From Eledone cirrhosa (Eukaryota): a stretch of DNA of 64,000 nucleotides. The stretch's first letter is position 1, and the number at the start of each line of letters is the position of its first letter. Shown piece by piece: positions 63,901-64,000 of this stretch. The notes under the pieces were generated by a model that worked only from the letters and a program-made list of their open reading frames with translations, was not told where the DNA came from and ran no database searches. The translations under genes were made by a program, and so were the position numbers. The stretch lies in the NCBI GenBank assembly GCA_964016885.1, contig OZ024741.1, positions 159,278,001-159,342,000 of the forward strand. Direction: 5' to 3'.

Positions 63901-64000
63901 ACACATGTATGTATGTATGTATGTATGTATGTATGTATGTATGTATGTATGTATGTATGTATGTATGTATGTATGTATGTATGTGTTTGTGTGTGTGTAT

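Overview
Eukaryotic, AT-rich, repeat-saturated window with no recognisable host protein-coding gene. It is probably intronic or intergenic. The dominant tRNA-derived SINE and the (TA)n/(CA)n landscape resemble octopod cephalopod genomes (my inference). Retroelements: RTE-clade LINEs (one with an uninterrupted RT ORF carrying a PHD-like finger), BovB- and Expander-like RTE relics, Tx1/L1-like LINEs (one 847-aa open ORF2 fragment), two CRE-like and one R4/Dong-like restriction-endonuclease LINE fragments, a CR1-like relic, about 20 SINE copies, and a Penelope-like element (PLE; RT + GIY-YIG) with an inverted terminal copy. DNA elements: a decayed Rep/Pif1 Helitron with a deleted derivative, and hAT- and Tigger-like MITEs. 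There is one 200-N gap. Most short ORFs in the track are microsatellite artefacts. The main unexplained layer is at the RNA level. More than a dozen hammerhead-ribozyme (HHR) motifs from about ten different sequence families can be folded by eye, including U3-A8 core variants and palindromic stem-III (dimer-type) forms. Most lie in short non-coding, microsatellite-embedded modules with inverted or tandem architecture, suggesting a diverse population of non-autonomous PLE/retrozyme-like elements. A 13-nt micro-exon candidate on the minus strand (10210-10222) may be the only trace of a host gene. Coordinates were read by eye, and repeat boundaries are approximate.
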